This document shows, piece by piece, positions 1 through 12,106 of a DNA stretch of 64,000 bases. The notes under the pieces are model-generated. The model did no database searches, was not told where the DNA came from, and saw only the letters and a program-made list of their open reading frames with translations. Each line of letters starts with the position of its first letter. Position 1 is the stretch's first letter. The stretch covers positions 11,346,001-11,410,000 of the forward strand of contig OZ024751.1 in the NCBI GenBank assembly GCA_964016885.1, given 5' to 3'. This stretch comes from Eledone cirrhosa. Lineage: Eukaryota. A program made the translations under genes and the position numbers.

Positions 1-368
1 GATATAGATGGTAACGAAGGGTGACTGGGTGTGGCGGTGCGGGCTATAGCTGGACAGACATTAGCAGTAATAGTAGTAGTAGTAGTAGTAGTAGTAGCAG
101 TAGTAGTAGTAGTAGTTGTAGTGATAGAAGTGGTGGGGTGTAGGAGCAATAGCAGTTGTGGTGGTGGTGTTTGGGTGGAGTAAGATGTTATTGATGATAT
201 TATGTAGGGTTGTATGAGTGCGGCTGAGGGGGAGGGCTGGAGCTGGACAGGCATTAGTAGTAGTAGTTGTGGAGATGTAGGGACAATAGTAGTGGTGGTA
301 GTGGTGGTGGTATTTTTAGTAGCGGCAGCAGGAGTAGTACTAGCAGAAGCAGCAGTACTCGTTGTCGC

Positions 369-403
<35 letters not shown>

Positions 404-604
404 AGTTTGTAGTTATCTCGTTGGCGCTAGAGATATGTGGTTGTTGTGGTTTTGGAGTGGTAATGGTTTTGTGGTTTTGTGGTGTGTAGTGCACGTATTG
501 TCTTATTGATTAGATGTTACTGTTGTTGACAGTAGTGAGAGAGTAGTAGTAGTAGTAGTAGTAGCAACAACAGTAGTAGCAGCAGTAGTAGTAGCAGTAG
601 TAAA

Positions 605-1795
605 CATTTCTTCTTGATTTGACACAAGGCCAGCAATTTGAAAGGAAGGGGAAGTCGAATTAATCGATCCCAGTGCTTTACCAGTATTTTACTTTATCAA
701 CCCCTATAAGGATGAAAGACAAAGCTGTCCTAGGCGGGATTTGATCACAGAACATAAAAGTGCCGCGGCAATATACCACAAAGCATTTTGTAGGAATCTC
801 TACCGATACTGCCAGTAGAGTTAATGGTTTCTGATTCAGGCACAAGGGTAACAAACTCGGTAGGATTTAATCTCGGAAAGAACCTAATTATAAACAACTA
901 AAGATTTCATTCTGAAAGCTATACCGATACTGGAATCCTCTCGCCCTATAGTAGTAGACATAATGATTTCTAGTATAGGCATAAAGCCAGTAATTTTGGG
1001 GAGGGGAGAGTCGATTAAATCGACCCCTGTACGTTACTGGTACTTTATTTTATCGACCCCGTAAATATGAAAGGCAAAGTTAACCTCGGCGGGATTTGAA
1101 CTTAGACCGTAAAGGGACGTAACTATGCTGGAAAGCATGTCGTCCGACCCTTTACCGATACTGCCAATCCACCGCCTACAGTAGTAGAAATAATTGTTTC
1201 TACTTTTTGGCACAAGGCCAGCAAATTACCCAGTGCATTACTGGTACTTTATTTTATCGACCCCGCAAGGATGAAAGGCAAAGTTAACCTCAGCGCGATT
1301 TGAACTCAGAATGGCAAGGGCCGTAACTCTATGCGTCAAAGCATGGCTTCCGACCGTCTACCGATACTGCCAATAGAAATAATTATTTCTACTTTTGGCA
1401 CAAGGCCGACAATTATCCCAGTGCATTGCTGGTACTATATTTTATCGACCTCGTAAGGATGAAAGGCAAAGTTAACCTCGGCGGGCATTGAACTCAGACC
1501 ATAAAGGGCCATAACTCTTTGCTGTAAAGCATGGCGTCTGACCCTGCCAATAGAAATAATGATTTCTACTTTAGGCACAAGACAGTAATTTGGGTGCGTG
1601 AGGGAAAGCCGTTTATATCGACGCCAATTCTTTACTGGTACTATATTTTATCCACCACGGAAGGATGAAAAGCAAAGCTGGCCTAGGTGGGCTTTGATCT
1701 CTGAACGTAAAAGGGCCGTGACAATATGTCACGAAACATGTTGTTCGGCGCTCTATATCTTGTTCGGCGCTCGGATGCTGCAAATCCCTGGCTCT
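605..1795 (-). mobile_element. Head-to-tail cluster of about six tRNA-derived SINE copies of varying age
   Basis: Repeated reverse-complement blocks (ggcacaaggccagcaa ... ctggtactttattttatcgacccc ... aaggatgaaaggcaaagttaacctcggcgggatttgaactcaga ... ctaccgatactgccaa) at about 610, 820, 960, 1190, 1376 and 1551; B-box GTTCAAATCCC on the minus strand. Confidence 0.9.
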
Positions 1796-1959
1796 GTAGT
1801 GGAGTTAATGTTTTGTAATTATTGGTTTTGTTAGTTTTATTGTTTGTAGCGCTAGGTATGCCCTAGGTCAGCCCTGATCAATATGGGTTACGGTCAAAAA
1901 TATTTCCAACTATGACCATTGTGCTCGGATCTCGCAGAAAGTAACTGATGTTCATTCTT

Positions 1960-2950
1960 CGGTGGTGATGGTGGTAGAGGGGTGGTAAAGGTGGTGGTGA
2001 GGTGGTGATGCAGTAGAGGTAGTGCTGAGGTGGTGGTGTAGTAGAGGTGGTGGTGAGGTGGTGGTGTAGTCGAGGTGGTGGTGAGGTGGTGGTGTAGTGG
2101 AGGTGGTGGTGCAGTAGAGGTAGTGGTGAGGTGGCGGTGTGGTAGAGGTGGTGGTGCAGTAGAGGTAGTGGTGAGGTGGCAGTGCAGTAGAAGTGGTGGT
2201 GACGTGGCAGTGCAGTAGAGGTGATGGTGTAGGTGGTAGTGCAGTAGAGGTAGTGGTGCTGTGGCGGGGCACGAGAGGAAGTGGTGATGTGGCGGAGCAG
2301 TAGAGGTCGCGGTGAGGTGGCAGTGCAGTAGAGGTGGCGGTGAAGTAGAGGTGATGGTGAGGTGGCAGTGCAGTAGAGGTAGTGGTGATGTGGCGGGGCA
2401 GTAGAGGTCGCGGTGAGGTGGCAGTGCAGTAGAGGTGGCGGTGCAGTAGAGGTGCTGTTGAGGTGGCAGTGCAGTAGAGGTGTTGGTGTAGATGGCGGTG
2501 TAATAGAGGTGGTGGTGAGGTGGCCGTACAGTAGAGGTGGTGGTATAGATGGCGGTGCAGTAGAGGTGGTGGTGTAGATGGCGGTGTAATAGAGGTGGTG
2601 GTGAGGTGGCCGTACAGTAGAGGTGGTGGTATAGATGGCGGTGCAGTAGAGGTGGTGGCGTAGATGGCGGTGCAGTAGAGGTGGTGGTATAGATGGCGGT
2701 GCAGTAGAGGTGGTGGTGTAGATGGCGGTGTAATAGAGGTGGTGGTGAGGTGGCCGTACAGTAGAGGTGGTGGTATAGATGGCGGTGCAGTAGTGGTGGT
2801 GGCGTAGATGGCGGTGCAGTAGAGGTGGTGGTGTAGATGGCGGTGTAATAGAGGTGGTGGTGAGGTGGCCGTACAGTAGAGGTAGTGGTGTAGATGGCGG
2901 TGCAGTAGAGGTGGTGGTGTAGATGGCGGTGCAGTAGAGGTGGTGGTGTC
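1960..2950. repeat. G-rich minisatellite (gcagtagaggtggtggtgtagatggcggt variants)
   Basis: Tandem degenerate units; the 359-aa ORF 1952-3031 only translates this repeat. Confidence 0.9.
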
Positions 2951-3224
2951 GGTCGTCATCTTAGTAATATTGAACAAGAGAAGTGTGTTGGTAGAGTAGG
3001 AGGTATAATACTGTATGGGATCACAAGTCAATGGAACTCTAGATCTCTGCTGGTTGACAAATGACCCTCCTACCTTTCTAGTTCAACCATTTCTACACAC
3101 TTGCATACAGGATCATCTGATCACGTACACAGATGCCCTCATCAAACAGCACCAATACACTCTTCTATACACACACATATGCTCATATGTACATACGCAC
3201 ACACACTCATAAACACATACACGC

Positions 3225-3353
3225 GGACGCACATACACACACACACACATATATTTATAGACATACACATACGCACACAATTACACGCAGGCCTTCATAA
3301 AAAAACACCAACGCACATTTTACACACATACACAGACATATAGACACACACAT

Positions 3354-3384
<31 letters not shown>

Positions 3385-3558
3385 CACGCATATACGCATA
3401 TATACATACACAAGTACAAACATGTCTTCATCAAATAACACCAACGCACATTTCACACACATACACAGACACACACTCACACACACACACATATATTTAT
3501 AGACATACATATACGCACACAATTACAGGCAGGCCTTCATCAAAAAACACCAACGCAC

Positions 3559-3596
<38 letters not shown>

Positions 3597-3605
3597 CACA
3601 CACAT

Positions 3606-3657
<52 letters not shown>

Positions 3658-3790
3658 GCATATACGCATATATACATACACAAGTACAAGCATGTCTTCA
3701 TCAAATAACACCAACGCACATTTTACACACATACACAGACACACACTCACACACACACACACATATATTTATATACACACATGCGCATAC
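3225..3790. repeat. Local tandem duplication within CA/TA-rich sequence
   Basis: ggccttcat..aaaaacaccaacgcacatttt at about 3290 and 3532; catgtcttcatcaaataacaccaacgcaca at 3421 and 3691. Confidence 0.75.
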
Positions 3791-3994
3791 ACGCACACAC
3801 ATATACATATATGTATGTATATATATATATATACAGGCATATACACCGAAATACACTCACTAATCACGTATCTGGAGCAGAGGTAATCCAGAATCTAAGC
3901 CTAACCACACACAGTCAAACAAAGTCAAAGAATACATTTGCGTCTTTATATCTTACACTTAATCTCTGTCTAAGAATATCCGATGCGTATATGC

Positions 3995-4069
<75 letters not shown>

Positions 4070-4690
4070 TATAGAGAAAAATACTGCAGGTAGCACATGG
4101 TAACATGTAATAAAATACGTCCCTCATCAGTGATTTGCCGAAGATCATAGATATTTCATTGCATTAAAAATCATATATCTCACTTCGGTGCAATAATAAC
4201 CAAAATAAGTTATTAGGACAATTAAAACGCGTAAAGCGAGTGAGACAGGAGAACAACAGAAAATATAGCATACCGTGGGAGAGAAACAAGCTTCAAAAAT
4301 TATTCTGTTAGCGTAAGCTAGGTGAATATATGAGCGCTTAGAGAAAGAATAGTGCCAGCACGAACGAAGGCCATTGAGATGCCTACAAGGGCGTAAATAT
4401 ATATATGTATATATATATATATATATATGTATACGTATATATATCCGTATATGTATATGTATATATAAATGTATATATATATACGTACATGCATATGTAT
4501 ACATAAAAGTATATTTACGCGTATATGCATATGTATACGTAAATGTATTGGATATGTATATATAATGTATATGTATATATATATATATATGTGTGTGTGT
4601 GTGCGTGTGTGTATGTGTATGAGGGGAGAGAGTGTGGACATTCATATATATGTTTGAATGTATTTATATTATAGCATATTATTCCTATTC

Positions 4691-4880
4691 AGGCGGTGGA
4701 TTGGCAGTATCGGTAGAGGGTCGGACGCCATGCTTTCCAGCATAGTTACGTCCCTTTACGATCTGAGTTCAAATCCCGCCGAGGTTGACTTTGCCTTTCA
4801 TCCTTGCGGGGTCGATAAAATAAAGTACCAGTAATGCACTGGATAATTGCTGGCCTTGTGCCTAAAGTAGAGACAATTAT
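4691..4880 (+). mobile_element. Full-length tRNA-derived SINE
   Basis: A-box-like tggcagtatcgg, B-box gagttcaaatccc, central gactttgcctttcatccttgcggggtcgataaaataaagtaccag, and an AT-rich tail. Confidence 0.9.
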
Positions 4881-5009
4881 TCCTATTCAATGAGTCGTAT
4901 TCTTCTGATTAAAGAAGGAATTAGTTTTTTAACATAACATAGCTCCATCTTAGATTGTATAAGAAATGACATATTCAAATTTAGAAATATCTTACAGATT
5001 CTTTTTTTT

Positions 5010-5160
5010 CCGGGCCCAAGGAATACCTCCCTACTTGCCACCATAGGCGCTGAGCTGGCTAGCCGTAGGTGTGAGCCTCGCGAGATGGAATGGCTCTTTC
5101 AGGACATCTCACTTACCATCCTCCGGGGAAGCCCCTTCTCCATTCTGTCCGCCGGGGCCG
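5010..5160 (+). pseudogene. 3'-terminal fragment of a CRE-clade non-LTR retrotransposon ORF
   Basis: Frame from 5010 reads PGPRNTSLLATIGAELASRRCEPREMEWLFQDISLTILRGSPFSILSAG, matching the CRE C-terminal pattern 'PRExxWLFQRISxAxxRGNAxSIL'. Confidence 0.65.
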
Positions 5161-5920
5161 TCGGGTGTCCAGTACGTGGGACCTCATTTGCTCATAATAC
5201 AGAGAGATGGGGAGGGCGAGAGAGATGGAGGCGATGACAGCAGGAGTTCGGCTCTTCTGTGTTCTGACCCGTTGTGCAGGTGAGAGATGGGGAGGGCGAG
5301 AGAGAGCTGGAGGCGATGACAGTGGGAGTTCGGCTATTCTGTGTTCCGGCCTGGTGTACAGAGTCAGTTAGTTGTCCGTAAAGAGGCATGTGTTATTCTC
5401 GACACGGATTGACCAGTGCATTGTGACGGAATTTGGTAGAATGGAAATTCTTTGGAAGCCTGCTAGATGTATTGTAGCTGTATTGATAAAAGACAAAGTC
5501 GTCATCGGCGGGATTTGAATTCACTATACAAAAACCCAGAACAAATATCGCAATGACATATTATCCGACGCTCTACCGATTCTTCCATTACACCATATTC
5601 AATAACAATCCACCAAAACTATAAAAATATTGGGATTACACCGAAGAACACTTTAGCTATTCAAAATCAGAAAGTTTGGTTACGTACCTTTACATTTATC
5701 CATTATTTTTAGTGTCAAAAATCACTGTCTCTATTGTTTGCGACATGGTATCTGACTCTGTCCCGCTGCAACTCCTTATAAACACAAAGTGAACTTAATA
5801 GTTCGTGCGTGTGTGTTTTTGGATGGCTAAAATCATTCTTCTACGATGTAAATGCTTTAGATTTTTCAACACCAGACAAATACATCTTGGAAGTACACCT
5901 TAGAATTATAGGGTTGGACG

Positions 5921-5985
5921 TTGCAGCGAGTGTCGCCGGCCATTGTGCGCGGGGAATGCTTTTGCTGTCTTGTCCATAGGTTGCA
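5921..5985 (+). pseudogene. Second CRE-clade 3'-end remnant
   Basis: LQRVSPAIVRG followed by a +1 frameshift and NAFAVLSIG, i.e. the QRxSxAIxRGNA motif. Confidence 0.55.
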
Positions 5986-6491
5986 GCCCCTTTAGCGCCG
6001 CGCACTAGGCCCAGAGCCCAATCATCCTCCCCTACCTCTTCTTCCGTGACACTAGAGTTCTTGCCACTCCCTCTCTTTTCCGGTTATTTTTTCTTCCGTT
6101 TCTTCATTTTCTTTATATTTTCCTATTCAACATTCCAATCTTCTCAATCTAAATTCTATGTTTTATTTTTCTATTAAACTGTATTTATATGATATGATTA
6201 TATATTTAGGGAACGTTGTGGTCGGATTATTCCACTGATGCACCTTGCGTTGAAACATTTCTATGTATTCAACCACACAAGTAGTTTTGTTTACATTCAC
6301 TGCAATGGAATATTTCCGACTGATAACATTGTAGATTAAATTAGAATCAACACCACGACATATCGGAGTTTAGTGCCTTAGTGGCATTGTACGACACCTG
6401 CTGTACCCATGTGTAATATGTAATATCTCGTCCAGTAATGTCTTATGTGTTTAAGGCCTTCACCATTTCATTTGTACATTAGATATATTGC

Positions 6492-6588
<97 letters not shown>

Positions 6589-6709
6589 AGAGGTGAGTTT
6601 TATTGTAGCACAATAAAGCAATGCAAATATCGGATAAGTAGCACTCAACAGTTTATAGGACCGGAGTATAAATAATATAAAATCAAAAGATGGTTCAAAG
6701 AGTTCCATG

Positions 6710-6780
6710 TATTTTATTATGCGCATGTCAAAAACAAATATCATCATGGGATGATATTTGCGTTCTCATCAGATAAAATA
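6710..6780 (-). ncRNA. Type I hammerhead ribozyme motif, probably inactive (GAAA to GACA)
   Basis: Minus strand reads tattttat CTGATGA gaacgcaaatat..atatttgttttt GACA TGCGCAT A ataaaata. Confidence 0.7.
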
Positions 6781-8208
6781 GGGAGACGTGATATGAAGCT
6801 TAAAAAACACTTGCGAGCAGCAGTGAAGTGTTAAACCAACATATGAAAAATAAAATAAGATGGATATATGAGATTGGGGAAAAAAGGAAAGGGAAGGGGG
6901 GGGGGGAGGTAAGGAAGAGGAAGAAAGAATATAATAAGAACAAAATATATAATAATAAGGAAAGGATGACGGAGGAGGAGTATAAGAAGGAGGGATGAGA
7001 GAGGAGGAGAAAATGAATGAGTGAGAGAGAGATAACCATTAATACTGAGAAACACTGTCTCCCAGAGAGAAATAAAAAAAAACCGTTGTAAGATAATATA
7101 TAATTTAAAAAAAATTTAGCAATTATGAATGGTGATGCTTATGATTAAAGAAAAAGGAATTAAGAATACTATTTATTTAATGTTTATATATTGAAGGGTT
7201 TAATAATATGTGCGAAAAGGAATTTATTAAAATGTATTATTCAAATAAAATATATTAAGAAGATAAGGTGAATGAAGATAAGGTTAAATGAATTATGAAC
7301 TTAGAGGAATTTTTTCGCTCTGCTTGCATAAATCTCATAGAACTTTCCATAAAGTATACAGCTAATATCTTACTACCTAATTAGTTTAAAATCTTCTCAA
7401 ATGCTTTTTTATATTTTTTACAAATATACCCATCTTTCTACCTTATTTCAGTATATTATACAATATTACTCATACTATGTCGTTAGCGGTCCCCTATTTT
7501 TCTTCTTTCTCTTCTTTTTTAATCTCTAATCTTTAATCTGCAACTTTTACTTCTCAATTACTTCTTAATACATATTATAACTCACTATAGCATTTTCCTT
7601 ATATTCTCGGCCATACACATTTTTATTTTTAATATATACTAATATTAATATATACTAATATTAGTGAAATTGTGTAAACATATATTTTTTGACGTTATAT
7701 ACTTTTACTTGCTTGAATTTCTTCTTTCTTCTCTCCTTCCGTGCTCGTATTATACCTATTATTTACTTTTTCCTATTACAATATATAGAAACAAATTTGG
7801 ACCCTAATTAATTCCTCTAAGTTCATATTTCAATTAACCTTATCTTCATTCACCTTATCTTCTTAATATATTTTATTTTAATAATACATTTTAATAAATT
7901 CCTTTTCCCACGTATTATTAAACCCTTCAATATATAAACCTTAAATAAATAGTATTCTTAATTCCTTTTTCTTTAATCATAAGCATCACCATTCATAAAC
8001 CTCATTAACTTTTAATTTCTAAATTTATTTTAAATTATGTATTATCTTACAACGTTTATTTTTTAATTTCTCTCTGGGAGACAGTGTTCCTCAGTATTAA
8101 AAGTTATCTCTCTCTCACTAATTTTCTCCTCCTCTCTCCTCCTTCCTTCTTATACACCTCCTCCGTCATCCTTTCCTTATTATTATATATTTTGTCTCCC
8201 TGTCTCTC

Positions 8209-8279
8209 TATTTTATCTGATGAGAACGCAAATATAATCCCATGATGATATTTGTTTTTGAAATGCGCATAATAAAATA
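8209..8279 (+). ncRNA. Minimal type I hammerhead ribozyme with intact core
   Basis: Stem I tattttat/ataaaata; CTGATGA 8217-8223; stem II gaacgcaaatat/atatttgttttt; GAAA 8260-8263; palindromic stem III ATGCGCAT; AUA cleavage triplet ending at 8271. Confidence 0.85.
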
Positions 8280-8334
8280 CATGGAACTCTTTTAACCATC
8301 TTTTGATTTTTATATTATATATATAATTTTTTTT

Positions 8335-8590
8335 CTAGGGTGGATAAAATTCCCGAGATCCATGGACGAGTTCTCTCCAGCGGTCACTGTTCCTCATTAT
8401 CGCTGCCATGTCCTGTGTCTCCGACAGACCAGTGTCTGACCTTAGGGCATCAACATACGTTAACCTTGGTCTTCCTCTTCCAGTGTGTCCATGTAGGGGC
8501 TCCCACAGGAGCACTGAGTGCAATGTCAACTCTGGATGTCTGTGAGCATGTCCAGCTTACCTCAGTCTCCTCTGTGTCACATTTGACATA
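8335..8590 (-). pseudogene. 5'-truncated RTE-X-like LINE 3' end
   Basis: RRLR*AGHAHRHPELTLHSVLLWEPLHGHTGRGRPRLTYVDALRSDTG...DRWR, typical of an RTE/RTE-X ORF C-terminus, followed by poly(A) on the minus strand. Confidence 0.8.
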
Positions 8591-8746
8591 TATATATATA
8601 TATCTTGCTCTTGGATTACAAATCTATAACCTTCGAAACACGATGCGATGACAAAGACATGAGTAAAAGAGAAGCTACATTTACTGACAATGTTAACATA
8701 ATCCAGAATGTAAGTGAAAAAAGTGGCCATTATGATATATCTGCAA

Positions 8747-9052
8747 GGGCGGTGAGTTGGAAGCAGGCATAAGGTTAACTTCTATATGTGTTTGAATTCC
8801 TCCGCAGGTTGCCTTGCTATTCATCCTTACGGGATCGATAAAATAAAGTAACAGTAACGCACTTGGGTAGATTAAATTAAATTACCCTCCCACAAAATTG
8901 TTCGCCTTGTGCTTAAATTAGACACCATTACGATCTGAGTTCAAATCCCACCGAGGTTGACTTTGCCTTTCATCCTTACGGAGTCGATAAAATAAAGTAC
9001 CAGTAATGTACTGGATAATTGCTGGCCTTGTGCCTAAAGTAGAAACAACTAT
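8747..9052 (+). mobile_element. Two adjacent SINE copies (one old, one 5'-truncated)
   Basis: SINE central domain at about 8805-8860 and again at 8935-9050. Confidence 0.8.
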
Positions 9053-9510
9053 TAACCATTCCCATTCCAATTATGTGTTGATGTATGTTAACGAAGCAAT
9101 GCCGGGTTTGCATACCGTGATAGAAATTTTGCGCATCCCTTTTGAGCATTTAGTTGTTAAATTAATGTTTACCACTGTTGTTGAGCAGATGTGTCTCAGC
9201 GATATCAGATGACACTCAAATAACGTCTGGAGAGAAACGAAGCCTCTCCTCTCCATCTATACATATCTATGGAAGTTATATATCAATGTACATATGCATC
9301 TCAGGTCGCTCTTCAGCGCTACTGGTAACACGAAACCCAGTAGAACCTCTGCATGGTCGGATAGTCGGTGACTAAACTGGCAACCCCACCAAGCTGACGG
9401 GGTGTGGAGGGTGATTGTGGACACTCTGCGGGACGAAAAATAAAACCCGTCAAAGGGCAGAGAAACTCAGGAGAGTCAACGGCCATCCAACAAAATATTT
9501 TTTTCTTTTT

Positions 9511-9837
9511 GTGGAACGAGTGACTCCTAGTCTTCATTAAGACATCTCTCTAGGAGAAGGTCACTCTGATATAAAACCTGCGACTTTGTTTGCATCCAAT
9601 GATGTAAACCAGTACTTCTTTTTGGGTAAATGCATTTGATGTTCAGAGAGAAGGATTGGCCCCATGTAAAGTTTTTTTCATTTAAAAAAGCTTCAAGCAC
9701 AGGCATCACTTGATATGTGACATTTTTTGCGATGCTCGTCTTACGCAAGTCTCTAGCAGGACAAAAAACCACGCTCGTGATGCTCATGTTTAAGTATCAA
9801 GTGATGACATTACTCGAAATCAAGTTGCAGCCATCAT
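9511..9837 (+). mobile_element. Diverged bipartite non-autonomous RTE derivative
   Basis: ctaggagaagg..tataaaacctgcg..gcacaggcat resembles the LINE 5' UTR (33091-33370); it ends actcgaaatcaagttgcagccatcat, like the LINE 3' end. Confidence 0.65.
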
Positions 9838-9933
9838 GTATGAATGTGTATATCTATGTATGCATATATCCATGAATACATACATGTATATATGTATGTA
9901 TGTAATTATGTGTGTATGTATGTAATTATGTAT

Positions 9934-10238
9934 GTTTCCTGAGTTGCCTTCTCCTAGAAGAATGCCCTGACAAAGGCTAGGGGTCCTTCACTCCCAGTGG
10001 TTTAACTCCGATATAAAACCTGCGGCTCAGTAGTTACCGATGATGTTGATATTTTCTTCTTTTCGGGTTATAGCTACTGTCGCTCAGAGAGTGGGATTGG
10101 CTCAGTGCACAGTCTTTCCTCATTTAAAAAAATATCTTCATGCACAGGCATTGCACGATAGAATTAATAAATAATTATTAATAATGGTATACCGTGCAAT
10201 GGCCATACTCGATAACGAGGGGGCAGCCATCATCATCA
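9934..10238 (+). mobile_element. Bipartite non-autonomous RTE derivative with an inverted 5' segment
   Basis: 9934-10007 is the reverse complement of LINE 5' UTR 33134-33207; 10003-10157 continues in sense; the tail ggccatactcgataacgagggggcagccatcat is identical to LINE 37239-37271. Confidence 0.85.
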
Positions 10239-10274
10239 ATTATGTATGTATGTATGTAATTATGTATGTATGTT

Positions 10275-11630
10275 ATCTCTTTCGCTTAATTTCGAGTATA
10301 TTTTTTGACCGGCCACCTTCCTGGTGGCAAGGTTGTAAAAGAAACGAAATTGTCATCCCTTTAATCGCAAGAAGGTTTTGCAAATTTTGAAGGTGCCAGC
10401 TATCGCAGCCATTTGTAGACTATGAATTAGGAAGCTGCGCTCTTTGTCCGCAAATCGAAGTTCAGTCATACTTTGGTCCAATCGGGTTGATATATAACCC
10501 GTAGCTCCAAAATTGATGGGTATGAAGCTAAAGGTGTATCTTGGATACTGGATTTTTGTAAATTCCTCATCAATGGTCCGTAGATGTCCTCCTTCTCCTG
10601 TATTTTTCTGACAACGTTTACATCAAGTGGGCAGCTGATCTCCACAACAGAACACGTTTTCAATGTGTGGTCCCAAACAACAATATCAGGCCGGTTGTGC
10701 TTTAATTTGGTGGCCGTTTTTATTTTGAAGTTCCATCTGTATTACTTAGTGCCATCTGTCTCAATATATTCTTCCTCGTTTGTTGTTAATTTTGTTTTCC
10801 GAAGTGCGTTCCAGATGGTTCTAGCTATCCCATCGTGTCTCATGGGGAGGTAGTAGCGAGATGACATTTTTTCGCAGCTGGCAACAATCTGGCTTACATC
10901 TTCGATCTTTGTTTTACATAGCCTACATTTATCGTCAGCTGATGGCCCTCCTCTTTTGTGCAGCAGATATTTGGTAGGGAGTTCTTGTTCCTATATTGCA
11001 TAGAGATATCCCTCAAGGTGTGATGTCATTAACTTGTCGGAAGTCCATGCCAGGCTTTTTGAGTGGTTTATGTCCTCTATGGTCTGTGTTTTACGTCTCA
11101 AGTATCCATGAACAACTTTTTCTGTAAATTGGTCAAATTTTTCATCTTCTTTGAACATTGAATAGGATCTTACGATTTCTCTCGGTGAGACATTTATATC
11201 AGGCTTTATTCCATATCTCTCCTCCAAATCAGTGGCTAACCTAATGATATTTTTTTCTTCATGCTCATAAACCAGGGCAAGATGGTTGCCAACCTTTTTC
11301 CTCTGTTGAAGATGTTGCTTCCGTGTTACTATCCGGGTCTCATATGATGTTAATATGGATTTTAGACGCCGGCCACCTTCCTTGCGTGAGAAGTATAGCC
11401 TATCCACATCATTATTGATGTTAAAGTTCCCAGTAACACTGAGAAGTTTGCGAGTTCTAACATCCATCTCACTTAGTTCTTGCAATGACCAGTTCAGCAG
11501 GCCAAATGTTGGCGTTAGAATTGGCACAGCATAAGTATTGTGGGCAATGTATTTGTTGTACGCTGACAGTTCTGATGACCATATTTTCTTTACACTACTG
11601 AGGTATTCAATTCTAGTTCTCTCCTTATTT
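10275..11630 (-). pseudogene. 5'-truncated R4/Dong-like (restriction-like endonuclease) non-LTR retrotransposon
   Basis: DVRTRKLL...DVDRLYFSRKEGGRRLKSI; CRLC zinc knuckle at about 10930; RHD; NRPDIVVWD...VEISCP...KEDIY endonuclease motifs; internal stop and frameshift. Confidence 0.85.
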
Positions 11631-11675
11631 GTATGTATGTATGTATGTATGTATGTATGTATGTATGTATGTATG

Positions 11676-11706
<31 letters not shown>

Positions 11707-11718
11707 TTATGTATGAAT

Positions 11719-12071
11719 GCGCGGAGACATAGAAATAGTCAGGCTGGACACCCGATCGCGCGGTTAAGCCAATGGGAGTGAAGGACCTCTAGCCTTTGTC
11801 AGGGCATTTTTCTAGGAGAAGGCAACTCAGGAAATTGGGATAACTCCGACATAAAACCTGCGGCGCAGTAGTTACCGATGATGTTGATCTTTTCTTCTTT
11901 TCGGGTTATAGCTACTGTTGCTCAGAGAGTGGGATTGGCTCAGTGCACAGTATTTCCTCACTTTAAAGAAAATCTTCAGGCACAGGCATTGCACGATGGA
12001 ATTGATTTATAATTATTAATAATGTTATATCGTACAGTGGCCATACTTGATAACGAGGGGGCAGCCATCAT
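11719..12071 (+). mobile_element. Full-length bipartite non-autonomous RTE derivative (5' UTR fused to 3' tail)
   Basis: Colinear with LINE 33091-33370, then joined through an AT-rich linker to ggccatacttgataacgagggggcagccatcat; flanked by (ATGT)n. Confidence 0.9.
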
Positions 12072-12106
12072 AATGTATGTATGTATGTATTTATGTATGT
12101 ATGTAT

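Larger units (their letters stand above)
6586..8320. mobile_element. Fold-back non-autonomous Penelope-like unit with long inverted arms, each ending in a hammerhead motif
   Basis: 6673-7311 is the reverse complement of 7810-8318, with the right arm lacking about 150 bp; (TA)n on the left and a short TA run on the right; same family at 47168-47430. Confidence 0.8.

Noticed and set aside
1952-3031. 359-aa Thr/Pro/His-rich ORF
   Set aside because: Translation of a minisatellite; no domain and no supporting gene structure
4100-4200. CTGATGA on the minus strand at about 4124-4130 in a TA-flanked insert
   Set aside because: No correctly placed GAAA, stem II or stem I found
4691-4780. tRNA gene
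   Set aside because: A and B boxes belong to the SINE head; no full cloverleaf, and the sequence continues into the SINE body
6225-6275. ctgatgc..gaaacatttctatgta hammerhead-like string
   Set aside because: Core A9 is missing and stems I and II do not pair
9300-9495. GC-richer segment considered as an HDV-like ribozyme or LINE 5' UTR
   Set aside because: I could not build the nested double pseudoknot by eye; identity unresolved
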